A DNA stretch of 64,000 nt from Takakia lepidozioides (Eukaryota; Plantae; Bryophyta): the NCBI GenBank assembly GCA_030704615.1, contig CM060732.1:744001-808000 (forward strand), given 5' to 3'. A program made the position numbers and the translations under genes. A model generated the notes under the pieces. The model saw only the letters and a program-made list of their open reading frames with translations, did no database searches and was not told the origin of the DNA. The number at the start of each line of letters is the position of its first letter. Position 1 is the first letter of the stretch. Shown here one piece after another: positions 1 to 13,869 of this stretch.

Positions 1-84
1 AGGTCCAATTCATGTAGAAATTATGTGGCATTCACAAATCAGTCAAACGCTTGACAGATTGTAACTGTTTGTTCAAACACATAC

Positions 85-3000
85 CATGCTGTGCCAAGTG
101 GCAAAGGGCAAGCTCAATGTGTCGACGAATTGGTGCTGCATCATTGTTAGCATTGGCAACAATCCATGGGAGGGCTCCATCATCTATTAGTAGTGACCTC
201 CCTGTTTTGAAGCCTGCCAGGATGACTCATACTGTCAGAAACAAATACGTCTACTGCAAATACAGGTCAATTAACCACCTTCTCTCCCTGGTCTTACAGT
301 AATGTGAGTAGAGTTGATGCACATAGTAAGTTACAATGTACTTGGGCAGATCTATCGTCTTGATGCCTGATCAGGAAAGTAGTCACCCATGGAAAGATAA
401 CTGGCTGAACACTAGGGAAACAGTAGACACCTTTCCGGGCCTCTTTACATCTCACTGCTGCGAATGGAAAAGCTTCGGCACCCTGGGGCTTTCTACAATC
501 TCTCTAAGAACATGCCTAATGGTGTAATATGGACTCTATAGTGCTCAGAGGGCAGAACATTTGGTTTGTTGACAGTCTTGCTTCCAAGCAACAGAGAACA
601 ACCTAGTAACTAGTAATGTACCTAGTAACCTGGTACTTAGTAATGTAGTTCAGCCAATCAGTACCACTGCAAAAAGCAAGATAGCGAGCGAGTGAGTGTC
701 AGTACCTTGTGCAGCACCTCGTGACTCACACTTGGCAAAGTTGGCAATGCCTCGTGCCACTTGCGCCAGCACGTCAGCGTGGCGGGAGCGCACCATACCA
801 AGCAGTGCTCGGATTCCCCCCTCCTCCCTCAGCTTTACCTGCAACTTATCTGCATACCCCTCCCATAAACACACTTAGGCCTGATAGGTCTATAAAAGAA
901 TGCAGACAGGAGAAGGTACAACAGCTAACTATTTAATCATCTACAATGATATGTCCCATTACCTATGTAAGGGTGTTTAGTGCGTGTCAAAAGACATTGA
1001 GACATGCAGGCAGAGGCATACCATTGCCACATAGGTTCGCAATGGCGCCTGCAACCATTCGAAGTGTTTGCGGGTCCTCAGCATCATCAGCTGTCCTTGC
1101 TAACAGGCTGATACCACCCTGTCCCATTATCAGCTCCTGATTGGTCTCTGCATGCCACGTAGAGGAAGTTATTAAGTCCCGCTGCAGATAATTCCGTACT
1201 CGCATCCACACCCACACTTATGTACAGTAACATGAATTTCTTTGAGCTCTGCTATTTGGAATCCAAATGGTGGCTTGCTCTCAAGAATGAGCAGGTCTCA
1301 CCAGATCCATCAGGTTGACCGAGTTAAGAGGTCTTGTCTCCAGACTGCACATACACATTTTTCATATTTCCTAGACCACTAACAGTCAGCTGCAGAACGT
1401 TCACTGTCAGTTGCAGCAGCCTAGCCTTGCATGCAGGCATGACCTTGTTCATATGTGACCTGCATTTATTCATCCTAATGACACACTTTGCTTCTGATCT
1501 TCAATAATTTTGATTCTCAAAGGTATACTAAGGGTCGATTCCTTGCTGACCCAGGAATGCCGTGGGGTATTTTCTTTTCCCCACCTGCAAGGAAAGAATC
1601 ATCAGAACATTGCAATGGTACATCAACAGGCATTGTTATTGAATAGGACATTCCCAAGTCACATTTGTCATGGACTACTTGGATATCTTGGCATTCAGCT
1701 GAGATGTTGCCACTTGAGGAATAGTTTCATGTGGATTGATGAAGCAAAATGACGAGGGCAGGCTCACATATCAGATATATATGTACGTTATGGGTGTACC
1801 ATTCATAGCCAGGTTGGCAACAGCACCCGCAGCGACACGGCGAATGGTTTCATCCTCGGAGCTTTGCAAAAGCATGAGGAGTGAGCCAAGACCTCCAGCA
1901 TCCACTATCTTCTCCTGGTTTGATTCTGTTCATCACAGCATCCCCAATTGCATGGTGAGACATTATCGAGATTGTACTAGAAGCACCATGCACAAACAAA
2001 CAAACAAACAAACAAACAAACCTTGTAATTGAGGAAGGCACAATCAATGTTCATGCTTGATCTACCTCTGAAAATCCTACATTTCTTGTCCAGATCTTAG
2101 GTGAGTCAGAATCCTTCAAAGACCAATATCCAATGGCAAGATCTGGAATCTTGGCACGGATACGGCATATATTTGGAAATAAAAACCTTCCCATCAAATC
2201 CGTCATCCTTCAGATAAAAGAGACAAAGAAAATTGCCAGCTCAATAACTGTTCCATATCGATTAGCCACATGTATTTCAAACTGACAAAAAGAGAATCTG
2301 TTTGTTTAGCACCTTCGGCAGCAAGATTGGCAACCACCTTCACAGCATGCACTCTTACATCAACATCATTGGACTCCAGCAACGACAGTATCTTTTGCAA
2401 GCCCACTGCATCATAGCACAGGCATCCCCCTAGTGGTGAGATCATTGTATCCTCCATGCGCAAATAGCAACCACTCTTGACTTTTTTCGCTGTCCTGTGA
2501 CCCTTCCCTTGAACTTTTGAGCTTCGTCTTTACTTTGTTCTTCACCACTTAGATTACCAGCCTGGCCCCAAGCTCAAATTGCGAAGAATAGTCATGTACA
2601 TAGCCTTAGCACAGTTGACATGACGCATGTACATCACCGTGCATTAATCATTGAGAGGGCCTGAGAATCTTCAGTCGAAAAATATGAGAAGCTCAGGCTT
2701 GGAAAAGTGCCTTGTTCAAAAAGCTTCGCTATAGTAGCTCGTTGTCCATTGATGGTCTCTCTCATTTGATTGGGTTTTTGGACACTCATAGGGCTTTCAG
2801 ATCCCACTGAGCTTCCTCCCGAGCAGCCTTTGTCAGCCATCTTCCTTGTCTATTCCAGCACCACCATATGAGCAAGAGCTTTTGTGAGCATGATGCTCAC
2901 TTGGCAATGAATATTTCTACCAACACTTACTGTGGGATGGAACCTGGTTTTACTTAAAAACAAGGCACGATTCTCCCCACCTGGACCCAACCTTGCTGTC

Positions 3001-6000
3001 AGCATTCTCACAGCGCACCCTCGACCCATCAAGAACAGCATTTGGCTTTACAGACTCATTGTTGCAAGGGAGCTTGGCATACTTCATCAACCTCTACTCT
3101 TAATTTCTCTATGGGAGACGCCAAGGGAGCTGAGGACTTAGAGCACTGCTATATTAGAGAAAAGAGAAGGAAGGAAGTTTATCAAGTCTACCAAAAGCTC
3201 AAAGAGCTTATGGAACAAAATGGAAAAAACCATGAGAGAGGAAACAAAACCAGAGCCGAAAAAGAACTACTGCTCGAGGGATTGTCTAAGGGTGAAGGCC
3301 TCGTGCAGGTAAGCTGCCAAGCATTTCTGATCCTCATAGTGGAAGACTTCAGTGAGAGATTGAGTTCCGCGGAATAGACAGTGGAAAGAAAGACATGAAA
3401 TGACACTTTATAATGTACGCGGAAAACTCAAAGAGCTCATGCGACAGGAGACATCAGGAAACGAGAAAGAGAGTGGAGGCCTCAACAAGCAGCGCAAAAA
3501 CTATCATCCAACATTGAGAGATTCTCAAAGTTGGAGAGCCTCATGTAGATACAACACAAGGCATCTCTGATCCTCGTAGTGGAAGATCACTGTGAGGGCT
3601 TAGCTGTCTCTGAATAAGCAGTACTGGTCCCGGATTTCCTAGTAGAGCAGACAGCAATAGAAAGAAAAGAGAGAACAAAGAAAGACAGACGCTAATTCCT
3701 CACGTCGTGGGGCCCAAGGAACACAAGTAGGACAACACAAAACCACAGTAGGACCAAAGAAACAAAGAAGAACTCAAAGGTTAAGCGTTGCACGTAGGCA
3801 GGGTGCCTTATTAACCATTGAGTAATTTCGGTCCTCATAGCCTAGAAAGGCCCTAAGACAACTAACACGCATGTGGACTTAATGAACTTGACGCCATGTA
3901 CAGCTTATAGATGTGGGTTCATGAATCACCTCGGGGACATCGTCACTAAGAAGTAGTACTTGACCTTTCAAAGTTCGCACTTCCTCCTCCACCCTCTCCC
4001 TCTGTTTCAGTTCCTCTTCTAGCCTCTGCCTCACCACTCCTAGCTCACAGCTCTGATTTGACTTCAAACAGGCAGGTGGAACCACATTATTGACCATACA
4101 CATCTCTTTTCCTTGCATGATCTCCAGCATTTAACTACCAAATATTTAAAAGCCAATTTCACACCAACCAATCGGGTCTTGGGTTCTATGTAGCTTGACC
4201 ACACCAAGATGATTCATAAAGAGCCCTTCAGGTTGCTGTTATATGCGCTTGCTGACTGTTCTATAAATTCATTTCACACGATTGCAGCTTTTGTGTTTCA
4301 AGTTGCCCGTCACAAACCTTGACGTAAAATTTTGAAGTTAAACAAGCGCAGATGATGTGCCCATGAGTCCTGGGAAGATATGTTTTTCATAATCTTTGCC
4401 AAACTTACCTAAGCTTAGTCTACTGCCTTCCAATAGCTATGGGTGTTAGAGGCAAAGAGCATTCAATGAGTTGAGTCCAAGACAAAACAATCGTCGAAGA
4501 TTGAAGACCTTCAGATATTTTAGTGGGGATTTGGTATTGCAATGAGCATCATAGAGCTATAACATACTTAGTCCATGAATACATGAATTGAGATCACAGC
4601 CTCACAGCCGCCTACTCAGAGAGTGGTGAATATGACATGCATCAAGATGGGACGGAATTTGTTTTCCATAATGTGTTTTGCAGGAAGTTTGCAAAATGCC
4701 AGGATTGCTATCTAGCATCAAAACATCCCTGACTGTACAGAGTGTCCTCCCACCTTGTGGCAGTACCTCTTTGTGAAGGTGTCAAGCAGCTCACAGGAAG
4801 GCTAAGCTGTGGATCAGACAAACAAATAGCAGGCAACACTGGCAGGGGTTAAATACCTCCAAAATCCCATTTGCTGCTTTCCTTCTTCGGGATCTCAAAG
4901 CTCTGAGTTCAACTTCGGCCTGCTCTCTCCACTGGCATTCTTTCTCCAGCAGTAGCTTCAACTTTAGAACTTCATTGCTTTGGTCCAGTGACTGCAGCAG
5001 TTCATGGGAGCAGTCAGAAAGGTTGATTATGTAGTTAGAGAGTAGGGGAAAGCACGTATGCATACCATGGTCTCTTTCATGATTTCGCCTTATTTAGGAA
5101 CTCGTATTGGCTAAGAGAAAGTGAAGATATTTAGTCAGTAGACTTTGCATTAGGATTATGGTCACAGACCTTGCGCCGATTTTGGCAGTTGGACAATGTA
5201 GGGATTGGAGAGGGAGCCATGACCATTCCACGGGTTTCACAGTAGTATGACTTAATTTCAGATTGATGATTGTGACATGACCTGTAAGGTCGGTCTTCAT
5301 TTTGTAGTCTTGTGGTCAATAAAGCAGATCCAGAGCAGGAAAGGGATAGGCTGGAGGGATTGCAGAAACACGGGGTACAACAAGTGCCACTGAAGGCTAG
5401 CTGTAGTGGTGGAACTAAGCTTTGTGGAGGGCTGAAGAATGTATATATGTGAACAAGCCAGAAAGAAAGAGAAAAACAGAAACAAAATGAAATGAAATGA
5501 AATGGAATCGTACTTTATAACGTCAGGACAGAGAATTAAAGAAGTTTGTTGATTGCACAGCACATGGGACACCGTAAACAACACAGTAAACCAGAAGAGC
5601 GAGACTCCTTGCCTCTTTTTTACAAGACACTTTGTGATTATCATCCCGCCGTTCATTCTCAACCCTCTCTCGTTGGACACGCTCCAGGTGCAGTTTGTTT
5701 AATACATCAGTAAGCTCCCGCTCATGCTTTTGCTTTTCCTCCATCAGCTCTTTTTGGTGTTTCTGCATCGACTTTGTCAACATCACTGTCAATTGATTTA
5801 TCACCAACTGACCAGAGACAAATGGCACCTTTAGAAAAACTGCCAATAATTGAACGTTCTGTTGGGCACCATAACGAAAGAACAAGCAAACACAAGTATA
5901 TTGTCAGTCTCTTGAACAAAGATCTGACAATCATGTCAACCCTTCTTTGGGATTTGTGTGCACTGTCCCCACATTAAAAAAACACTAGGTATTTGGGAGC

Positions 6001-9000
6001 CCCTCTTGAATATGTTCCAATCTTCTAACTATGTCTGCACTACAAGCAAGTAGGATTTGCTCCCAAGGTCTTGATTAGAACCTTACTAAATAGCTTGCCA
6101 AATTAATCAGACGGTCTTCCAACGATCATTGTGGCAGTGTGAAGAGTGGATCTATGAAGACTATCTGACCAACGTCAGACAATCTTCGCTCTCTTCCAAT
6201 AATCCTTCAAATATTGAAAGAGTCATAAGATTGCCAATGTCAAATTCTATTTGGTGTCCCTGTGTCAGCTTGTTAAGGACCATACTTTGTAACAGTTGCA
6301 AGAAAAGCGAGCAACCACCTCTTTTCCCTCAGTATGATGTATTTGAACCATTTGATTATACTCCCTTTCCAGCCTCTCCCTGTGAGCACGCTCTTTCTCC
6401 CACGTACTGATCATCTCCGCCATCTCCTTCTCATGCTTTGCTTTCTCTGCTGCCAGTGTCTACACCCATCACAGAATCAAGACTTGGAATCAGTAGAAAA
6501 AATATGCCATTAGGTGGAGGGCTACAGATGAACAGTTTTCTCAGTTGGAGGACAGGGAAAGAGATAATGGAGTAGTTGTGTGGTTGAGGCAGAGAGAGAA
6601 AGAAAAAGAAAGGAAGACTTGCCTTCTGTCCGTATATGTACAACCGTTCTCCAGAGTCTCTGGCATGGGGGTGGCCTCTTACCAATTTGAGTGCCCACAG
6701 GGTATTGCCTTGCCAAGGGTTGGGGTTGTATGGGACACAGAATGGGTTCCCTGCTTCACTTTTTCCTTGGCCTTGCGCTTGGTCTCTTGCCTCCTCGGTA
6801 AATCCAGAGACAAGAGTGTGAGATCTGAGTCACAGAATCAGATACACTTTGAGATGCAAAGAGGTTGGATTAAAGAAAGAGAGAGAGACCTCCAAAGTAG
6901 AAGCAAGCTTGCTTTCAACCTCAAAAACACAGCCGCGTAACTCTTCCAGTTTCCTATGGAGCTCCTCCTTTCCATCTAGCCTGGCCTTGAATTGCCGCTC
7001 ATTCTCAGCGATTAATTTGTCTACCTCTGTCTCCAGCCTACGGCACAGTGTTTTATAATCAAACTCCTCCTTCAGCTTTACCATGTTTTCAACTTTCATT
7101 GCCTGCCATCAGCACAGACATCAAATAGCACTTACTACGTGACTTAAAAATAAGTTGTTGAATTGTCTGGCGCTCTTTAATAAGATATTCTACACTTCAT
7201 GGGCTGCATACTTCACCCTTCTATGGATTCTGTCAATATCTGTTGTGTACAGTGATTTGGATACAGTCAAAGTTTGTTACAGTTTATTGTCTGGTTAGAT
7301 GGCATGCTTACAACCAAAGGATGGACCAGAAGTATAAGGTCAACCCTCGCTCTTTCCCCTCCCCTCCTCTCTTGGCTTCAGAAATTTGCATGCAACATCA
7401 AACAAGCACCTAAGTCAAGCAGCAGTTCATCACTTATATGAAGACACCAGATCAGGAAGAAACACCTTCAACAGTTCAAGAGAGATGGGAAAGACTCACT
7501 CTCTGACCAAACATGATCGTGCTAACTGTTTCACCTCGGTGCCGAGGAGATGGTCCAATTGTGACAATGAGGGAAGTCCTTGCTGTACCTGTATAGACCA
7601 ATCGCTGCTGAATGAAACATTTATAAGTGAAACAATGAAGCTACTGAATTCCATGTTTTCAGTTCTTCAAAACTTCCAATTAAATCCAAATCCAATAGTG
7701 GTAAAAGAGACCCATCTCACCAAACCTAAGATGACCACAAACAGAGATCAAAACCATCGAATTACTTATGTCTGCTTGCATTACGAATGATCTGGAAGGG
7801 GGGCGTGGAGTATGTACCTCCAAATGAGTCCCTAAGCAATCTTGTCAACTTAGAATCTCGAATCGGGACATGTGGGCTGTTTTCAGCGAGTGCATTGATG
7901 CATTTACCAAGGGCCGTCAGAGAGAGGTTGATGGACTTGGCCTCCTCCAATGTATGACCCTCACTCCCTGGATTTTAGAAAAGATTCTTCAGTTCTCAAA
8001 ATCATCTTAGCTGCAATACACTCAGCTAAAACATAAGAACACTAGTATGCAATCAGGCATGTGATAACTGGAAACCAGGCATTGTGATCTAAAACCTACT
8101 CTCCTCCATCCAAGAAGAGGAAGATATGAGATATATGGACACTACAGAGGAGGACTCGAAACGAACCTACTAGAAGCCAATCCTAAAACCAGAAAAGTAA
8201 TTCAAGGAGCATACTAGACAGAATCATGACATGCTGACCATATTATGAAAGTCAACTCACCCGATTTATCAACCCGTTCAGACCCAGCAAGATCAACAAT
8301 AAGCAATTTGCTTCTGCGGACTGTGGGGGCTCGAACTCCTCTCAGAGGCTGAGAGAAACTGCCATTCTCGGTTGAATGAACAAGATCACCTGGTTTACTT
8401 CTGACCATCTTCCTAACAAATACCTGCCCCAATCCATCAGCTTCCAAGCAGTCAGACCCTAAACTTCACTCTACATCCATCTACTCATTACTCGAAGTTG
8501 AGAGTGTTAGTCGCGAATGAGACTTGCAAGATATGTCTCTCGAAGGACAGGAAATAGTAGAATACTCCAGCCCGATCTGTATCTCACCCCAATCATCAAT
8601 AGAAGTCAGTCATGAAATACCAAATTAGTACTTTGTGAATGACTACAGAGCACAAGTTGGAGATACTCCTCAAAACAACGTGCTCATTCAGCTCAACACT
8701 TATCTCACACGATTTGTCATTGCTTGATCACAGGGCAATTGCACATCTGACAGCAAATTTGATATTCAAGACAAATACATGCCCACTACTTGCATGGCTA
8801 AGGGAAAAGTAGATCTGAAACATCCATAGACCTTCAAACTGCAACAATCACTAACTGTTGCGTCAAGTACAATAGTGTACAGGGAAATATCAAACGGTTA
8901 AACTAAAAGCCAGGATTACTTATTCGTATGTGACCAGTAAAACAATAATACTCACCAACAAAATTGCATGGCTACGGGACGATTCTGTATTGAGTTTTGT

Positions 9001-12000
9001 ATTGGCTTCAAAACGGTTCGCTTCTCCAGCTTCCAGCAGGCGTACAAAGCTGCATTGGTCGTGAAGCTGCACATGGGTAGCCCCAGGTACTGAGACATCT
9101 CCTGTCTTTGGGTCCCCCATGATCATAATGTTGTCCCTCTCTGGCGCCAACAGATCCTGCACTGACTCCATGTACAGCTGTCCAGCACACACAAAAGCTC
9201 AAGGAGCTGGTTTACTTGGTTGACAGAGAAATAGAATGTACTCATAAGACGTTGTTTGCCGTAGCCTTGTGGCCATTGACAGAGAAATAGATTGTACTCA
9301 TAAGACGTTGTTTGCCGTAGCCTTGTGGCCATTGACCCCGCGCCCAGTTTGAGCGGGAACAAAAGGGACAGAACCTACCTCTGTCAGGGGCTGACGTTGG
9401 TAGTAAGACTTACCTCCATATAAAGAAAGGGAAATTGAGAGGGAGGGAGGAACAAGGCATGGGGGCCCCAGACAGGAAAGGTTCAAAATGGACCAAGTTA
9501 ATTAAGTATGCATGCATCCCCTGGTTCAGCATTAAAGAAACAAATGAAATGAAATGAAATGAAATGGTACTTTATAACGTCCGCGGAAAGCTCAAAGAGC
9601 TTATGGGAAAAAATGGGGAAAACAAGAGAGAGGAAACAAAACCAGAGCCAAAAAACAGCCCAAAAGAAACTACTGCTCAAGGGATTGTCTAACGGTCAAG
9701 GCCTCGTGCAGGTAAGCTGCCAAGCATTTCTGATCCTCATAGTGGAGGACTTCAGTGAGAGATTGAGTTCCACACAATAGACAGTGGAATCTCCCACGGA
9801 TCTCATAATATAGTGGGCAATAAAAGAAGAAGTGTTCTTCAGTTTCAATTTCCTGGTTGCGCCGGTGCAAGCTGGGCATAGGCGATCCTCCCATTGCAGG
9901 TTTTCCCATTTACCAGTCTCTATCCGTAGATTGTGGGAGCCCACCCTGAACCGCCCCAATGCCCTCAGGAGGGAAGGAGATAAAGGCGCCGAAAGGTAAT
10001 TGGGCCGCAAGATTCTATCATCACAGAGAATCAGGAATGACGCTCGATAGAAATGGAGTTTTGTTGTGAGATTGGGTAGCTTCCAAGTTCTACTGACATG
10101 TAGTTCCATAAGTTCCCTTCTAATGAGTCTGTTGCGATCCTTTTGGATGTGATTCCCACCCCTTCAGGATTTTGTGGCAATAGCGAAGCAATAGCGAAGC
10201 AATAAAGAGTCCATTGCGCTCAAAAAACTGCACACTCGAGCATACCAGGAGTGCTTGAAACCTGCTGTTTTGAGCCTAACAGATGTTGCGAGGGCTCTTG
10301 CCACGAGCCCCCTGGGTGCGAGGGCTTGTAACCTGTGAGATGGAGTTGTGCCTCTGGCGCCAAGCATTGCTTGCAGAAAAGATGACTGCAATGGTTCCGG
10401 ATTTTTTTCCAACCAGGAAACTGGGACACATGGTGCCCAGAACTCACAACCATAAGTGGCGGCCGCTGTGACAAACACTGTCAAATAGCCACTTTTTGGT
10501 TGGGGGGGTGGCGCAAATGCATCTGTTTGCAGTTGGCCTGAAGGCGGATGGAGGCAGCCTTGCCCTTCGTCAATCTGTCCAGGGCAGTTGATGCAAGCTG
10601 GAATTTGGGAGAGTGGATAACCAGACCCAGGTATTGGTATGATGTGACAATCTCAATTTCCTGTTGGTTGAAGATGAATCTGCGGTCCACCTGGCCATTG
10701 AAAACCATGATCTTAGTTTTGCCAAGATTGACTTGCAACCCATAGTCTTTGGAGAACTCTTCCAGGATGCGAAGATGGCGTTGCAGGAAGACAGGAGATT
10801 GTGCCAAGAGGGCAACATCATCAGCGTAGAGCAGATCTGATTGCTTTGGTCCCCCATCCAACGGCACCCCAACTCCACGGCTTTTCAAGATGTAACCCTC
10901 CACAGCGTCAATGTAGATCCCGAAAAGGGTAGGTGAGAGGGGGCAGCCCTGTTTGCTATGCACCTCTGCTGAGAATTCCCCCGCGACGTTGACCATGCCA
11001 ATGACAATCTCATACATGGTATAGGATGTCCGGAGCGACTCTCACCCTATGGAGCCGTTGGAAAAGAAGGTCGCGAGGAACCGAATCAAAAGCCTTTCGA
11101 AAGTCTACGACGCAAACATACACAATTTTTTTGTCATAGCTTGCACGTTCTACCATAGTCTGAAGAGTGAAAATGTGGTCAAGAGTGGATCTGTTGCGAC
11201 GGAAACTTGCTTGCCCCATAGCACGCATGTGAGAGGGTTCAGCCCAATCATCCAGTTCCATGGCCACTACTGCCCCAAACAGTTTAGCCAGTAATGAAGA
11301 CACCATAATTGTGCGATAGTTGGTCAGTGCGAGCCTGTCCCCGCTCTTGAAGAGGGGGCGGATGATGCTCTTTGTCCACTCTGTTGGAAAGCCAGAGGTG
11401 TGCTATAAATGGGGCCAAAGTTGTTGCCGCGTGGTTGATGAACTCACTCTGTAGCCCTGATATATCCAATGCCCTGCCATTTTGCAACTTCTTGACTGCC
11501 TTGCTGACACTGGCTGTAGTGAAGAAAGAGAAGTGTAGGGGTTTGGAGGGTATGGGAAAGGGAGAAAGACACTTCATAAGGTCCACAGGACGCAGCCCAA
11601 AGAGCTTAAGGGACAAAAGTATGTAACAAACGAAGACACAACCAAGCCTGAATCGCTCTTTGCCTAGGTGGCTAACAGCGATGCCTCTACAAAGGAGGAC
11701 CAGCCTCCAAAAAGGCAGTAGGTTCTCCCTCTGATACGTAGAGAGGCAGGAAGATAGACAGGTACCTGAAGGTAGGAGATACTGACAGTGTCATCCACAG
11801 GTGTGACACTGGCAAGAATATCTTCCATGGCACGGACCATGATTCCACGGTAAGATGTGTCCTCCTCCCCCAGGCGTCCAAGAGTAAATGTTTTTCCAGT
11901 GCCTGTCTGCCCATACGCCATCACAGTTCCATTGTACCCTTCCAACACGCTCTGCACATCAATGCATGCAAAATTTACTATTGGTCTCATCATTTGTGCT

Positions 12001-13869
12001 GAAAGAGAGAACATCCCTCTGACCCACCACTGACTTCAAGAAAAGGTCAGTGAAAATGGTGTGCACTCTGTCACGATATGTGTACATGCACTACGTGAGG
12101 AATGTGTACAACTGTATAGGCCGGATCTTCTACTACACACACCTCCAATTGACATGCACATTTTGACTGCACCAGTTTTCAGGTTCATAACCTCCTATGT
12201 TAGTCATGAATTCAAAAACTAAGCGAGGCAAAACACCTACCTCCACCACTGGCTTGGCCACAACTTCATAGACACGCTTTTGGGATGCAGACTCTGTAAG
12301 CACTTCATCAAATTGATAGGTCTCACAATCCCAATTGTTTTTGCGTAGCTTCAGTCTCTTCAGCTGCAGTTTAAGAGGTGACCCCACATCTTGGTATAAG
12401 GATGACAAAGCCAGTACATACGGAAGCAAGCACAGAAGTTAAAGCCTGTCCCTCTTCTATATCTCTCTCTCACAACAATAGCAAGTGAAGTCAGTTTATT
12501 CTACTTGCATTTTCTCTTATACACACTAATGTTCTCACATAGGCTTTGTTTATGAAATGAAGTGCAGCTTGAGAAAAATCCAAAGAATCAACTGAAAGAA
12601 ACTGTAATAATGGACCTCTGGCTGAAGCTCGACACAGTCAGCAAAGTCAGCATCAGCAACCAGCTCTTCAGAATTCCTGGGTCGCAGGCGCACTGCCACC
12701 CGCACCCTATTGGGCACTGCCTTGCCCCTCCCCATCCACCATGACCATCACTTAGATCTCAATTGACAATATTTGCATGTGCATTTGTTAGATCCTAATT
12801 ATTAAACTTTAGGTGACTTTGGGTCCAGTATACTGGCAGCCCCACATCAGTACCCCAGGCTATCTGTCCCACCCACTTTTGTTGTACCACCCTGCCCCAA
12901 ACCGTCCTCTCAAACTCAGACTCAGAGTGTCCCTCAAAATTCACTTAACTTGAAAGAGGGACAGTGCATTTGTGTGTGTTGTGTGTGTGCGTCTGAGAGA
13001 GAGAGAGAGAGAGAGTGGAGGAAGAATTTTTTATTAGGTTCACGCTCCCACAGGGCCGTCACACAGATGGTCCCTCTGAGGCAGCAGGAAATGAAATGAA
13101 ATGGTAATTTGTAATGTCCACAGAAAGCTCAACGAGCTTATGGGACCAGAGAAAGGATGAACCAAGAAAGAGAGGGGGGCCCTCCACAAGCACCCCAAAA
13201 TCAACCATTGCTCAAGGGCTTGTCTAGGAGTAAACGCCCGTGCCAATGTGCAGCTACGAATTTCAGACGTCTGTGAGAGATTGGGTATCTGGAATAGACA
13301 ATAGAATCCCCCACGGATCTCACAGTTAGAAAGGACAGTGAGAAAGAAGAAAAGTTCTTCACTTTCGATTTCCCTGTTGCTTCCAGCGCAAGAGGATGAG
13401 CCCCCACACCCTGCGAATGGAGACTGGTAGGTGGGACCACCCGCAACGGGAGGACCGCCTGTGCCCCTCTCCCCAACGCCCTTAGAAGAGACGGAGTTAG
13501 AGCTGCAGAGAGATAATGGGGCCTCGAGATTCTACCGTCATGGAAAAGACCAAGAAAGAAGAAATTGATCACATCCGCAGGAGGAAGAAGGAAAGAGAGA
13601 GAGGCAGTGGCTAGTTCTGGGAAAAGGCCAATCTCACCAACGCTGTCAAAGCTGTTCTTGAGAGGTCCAGAAGAATTCCGCCGCAGACCACTTGAGGAGG
13701 AAGGGGATGGGGATGCAGACTTGGGGCGAACCAGGGGTGATACCGAGGAAGGGGGAGAGCCAGCGTTGGGCTTGTTCAAAGAATTGACAGAGACAGGTCT
13801 ATCCAAGCGGAGAACCGTTCGTGGGGCCACCATATTGGGCCCATTTTTATGGGCGGAAGCGAATGCCAT
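85..13869 (-). CDS. ARK: Armadillo repeat-containing kinesin (ARK / kinesin-like KIN-U), multi-exon; 3' end lies beyond the window's left edge
   Basis: Phase-consistent exons read from splice sites (minus strand): 13869-13638, 12716-12616 ([10 protein letters not shown]), 12363-12241, 11951-11766 (P-loop GQTGTGKT), 9177-8956 (switch I NTESSRSH), 8423-8261 (switch II DLAGSE), 7967-7818 ([13 protein letters not shown]), 7588-7500, 7102-6890. Coiled-coil exons: 6459-6319, 5762-5613, 4991-4857, ~4060-3930 (acceptor uncertain), 2849-2711. ARM-repeat exons: 2405-2313, 1925-1800, 1147-1022, 849-706, 213-85. Motor + coiled coil + ARM repeats is the plant ARK architecture. No stops seen in these exons. 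Confidence 0.95.
3150..3690 (-). mobile_element. Two adjacent 5'-truncated LINE 3'-end fragments in an ARK intron (same family as 9541-11620)
   Basis: 3190-3385 is nearly identical to 9588-9790 and 30675-30877 (aaagctcaaagagcttatgg...gtgcaggtaagctgccaagcatttctgatcctcatagtgg). A more diverged second copy starts at ~3398 (atgaaatgacactttataatgtacgcgg). Confidence 0.8.
5483..5530 (-). mobile_element. Very short LINE 3' tail remnant
   Basis: (GAAAT)n followed by ggaatcgtactttataacgtc, matching the 3' terminus of the copies at 9541 and 30634. Confidence 0.6.
9220..9336. repeat. Tandem duplication, 2 x ~56 bp
   Basis: ttgacagagaaataga(a/t)tgtactcataagacgttgtttgccgtagccttgtggcca occurs twice head-to-tail. 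Confidence 0.9.
9541..11620 (-). mobile_element. 5'-truncated, frameshifted non-LTR retrotransposon (RTE/RTEX-like) in ARK intron 4
   Basis: RT motifs in broken frames ([31 protein letters not shown]). C-terminal [16 protein letters not shown]...RLCPAC...[13 protein letters not shown] zinc knuckle. 3' (ATTTC)n microsatellite tail at ~9543-9566. Clade assignment is inference. Confidence 0.9.
12972..13014. repeat. (GT)n and (GA)n microsatellites in ARK intron 1
   Basis: Directly visible. Confidence 0.9.
13088..13590 (-). mobile_element. Older diverged LINE 3' fragment in ARK intron 1
   Basis: (GAAAT)n tail at 13088. [22 protein letters not shown] resembles [22 protein letters not shown] of the 9541 copy. 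Confidence 0.8.

Noticed and set aside
13201-13637. 3' part of the 222-aa ORF as ARK coding sequence
   Set aside because: Reads through the GTGAG donor at 13637 into a LINE remnant.
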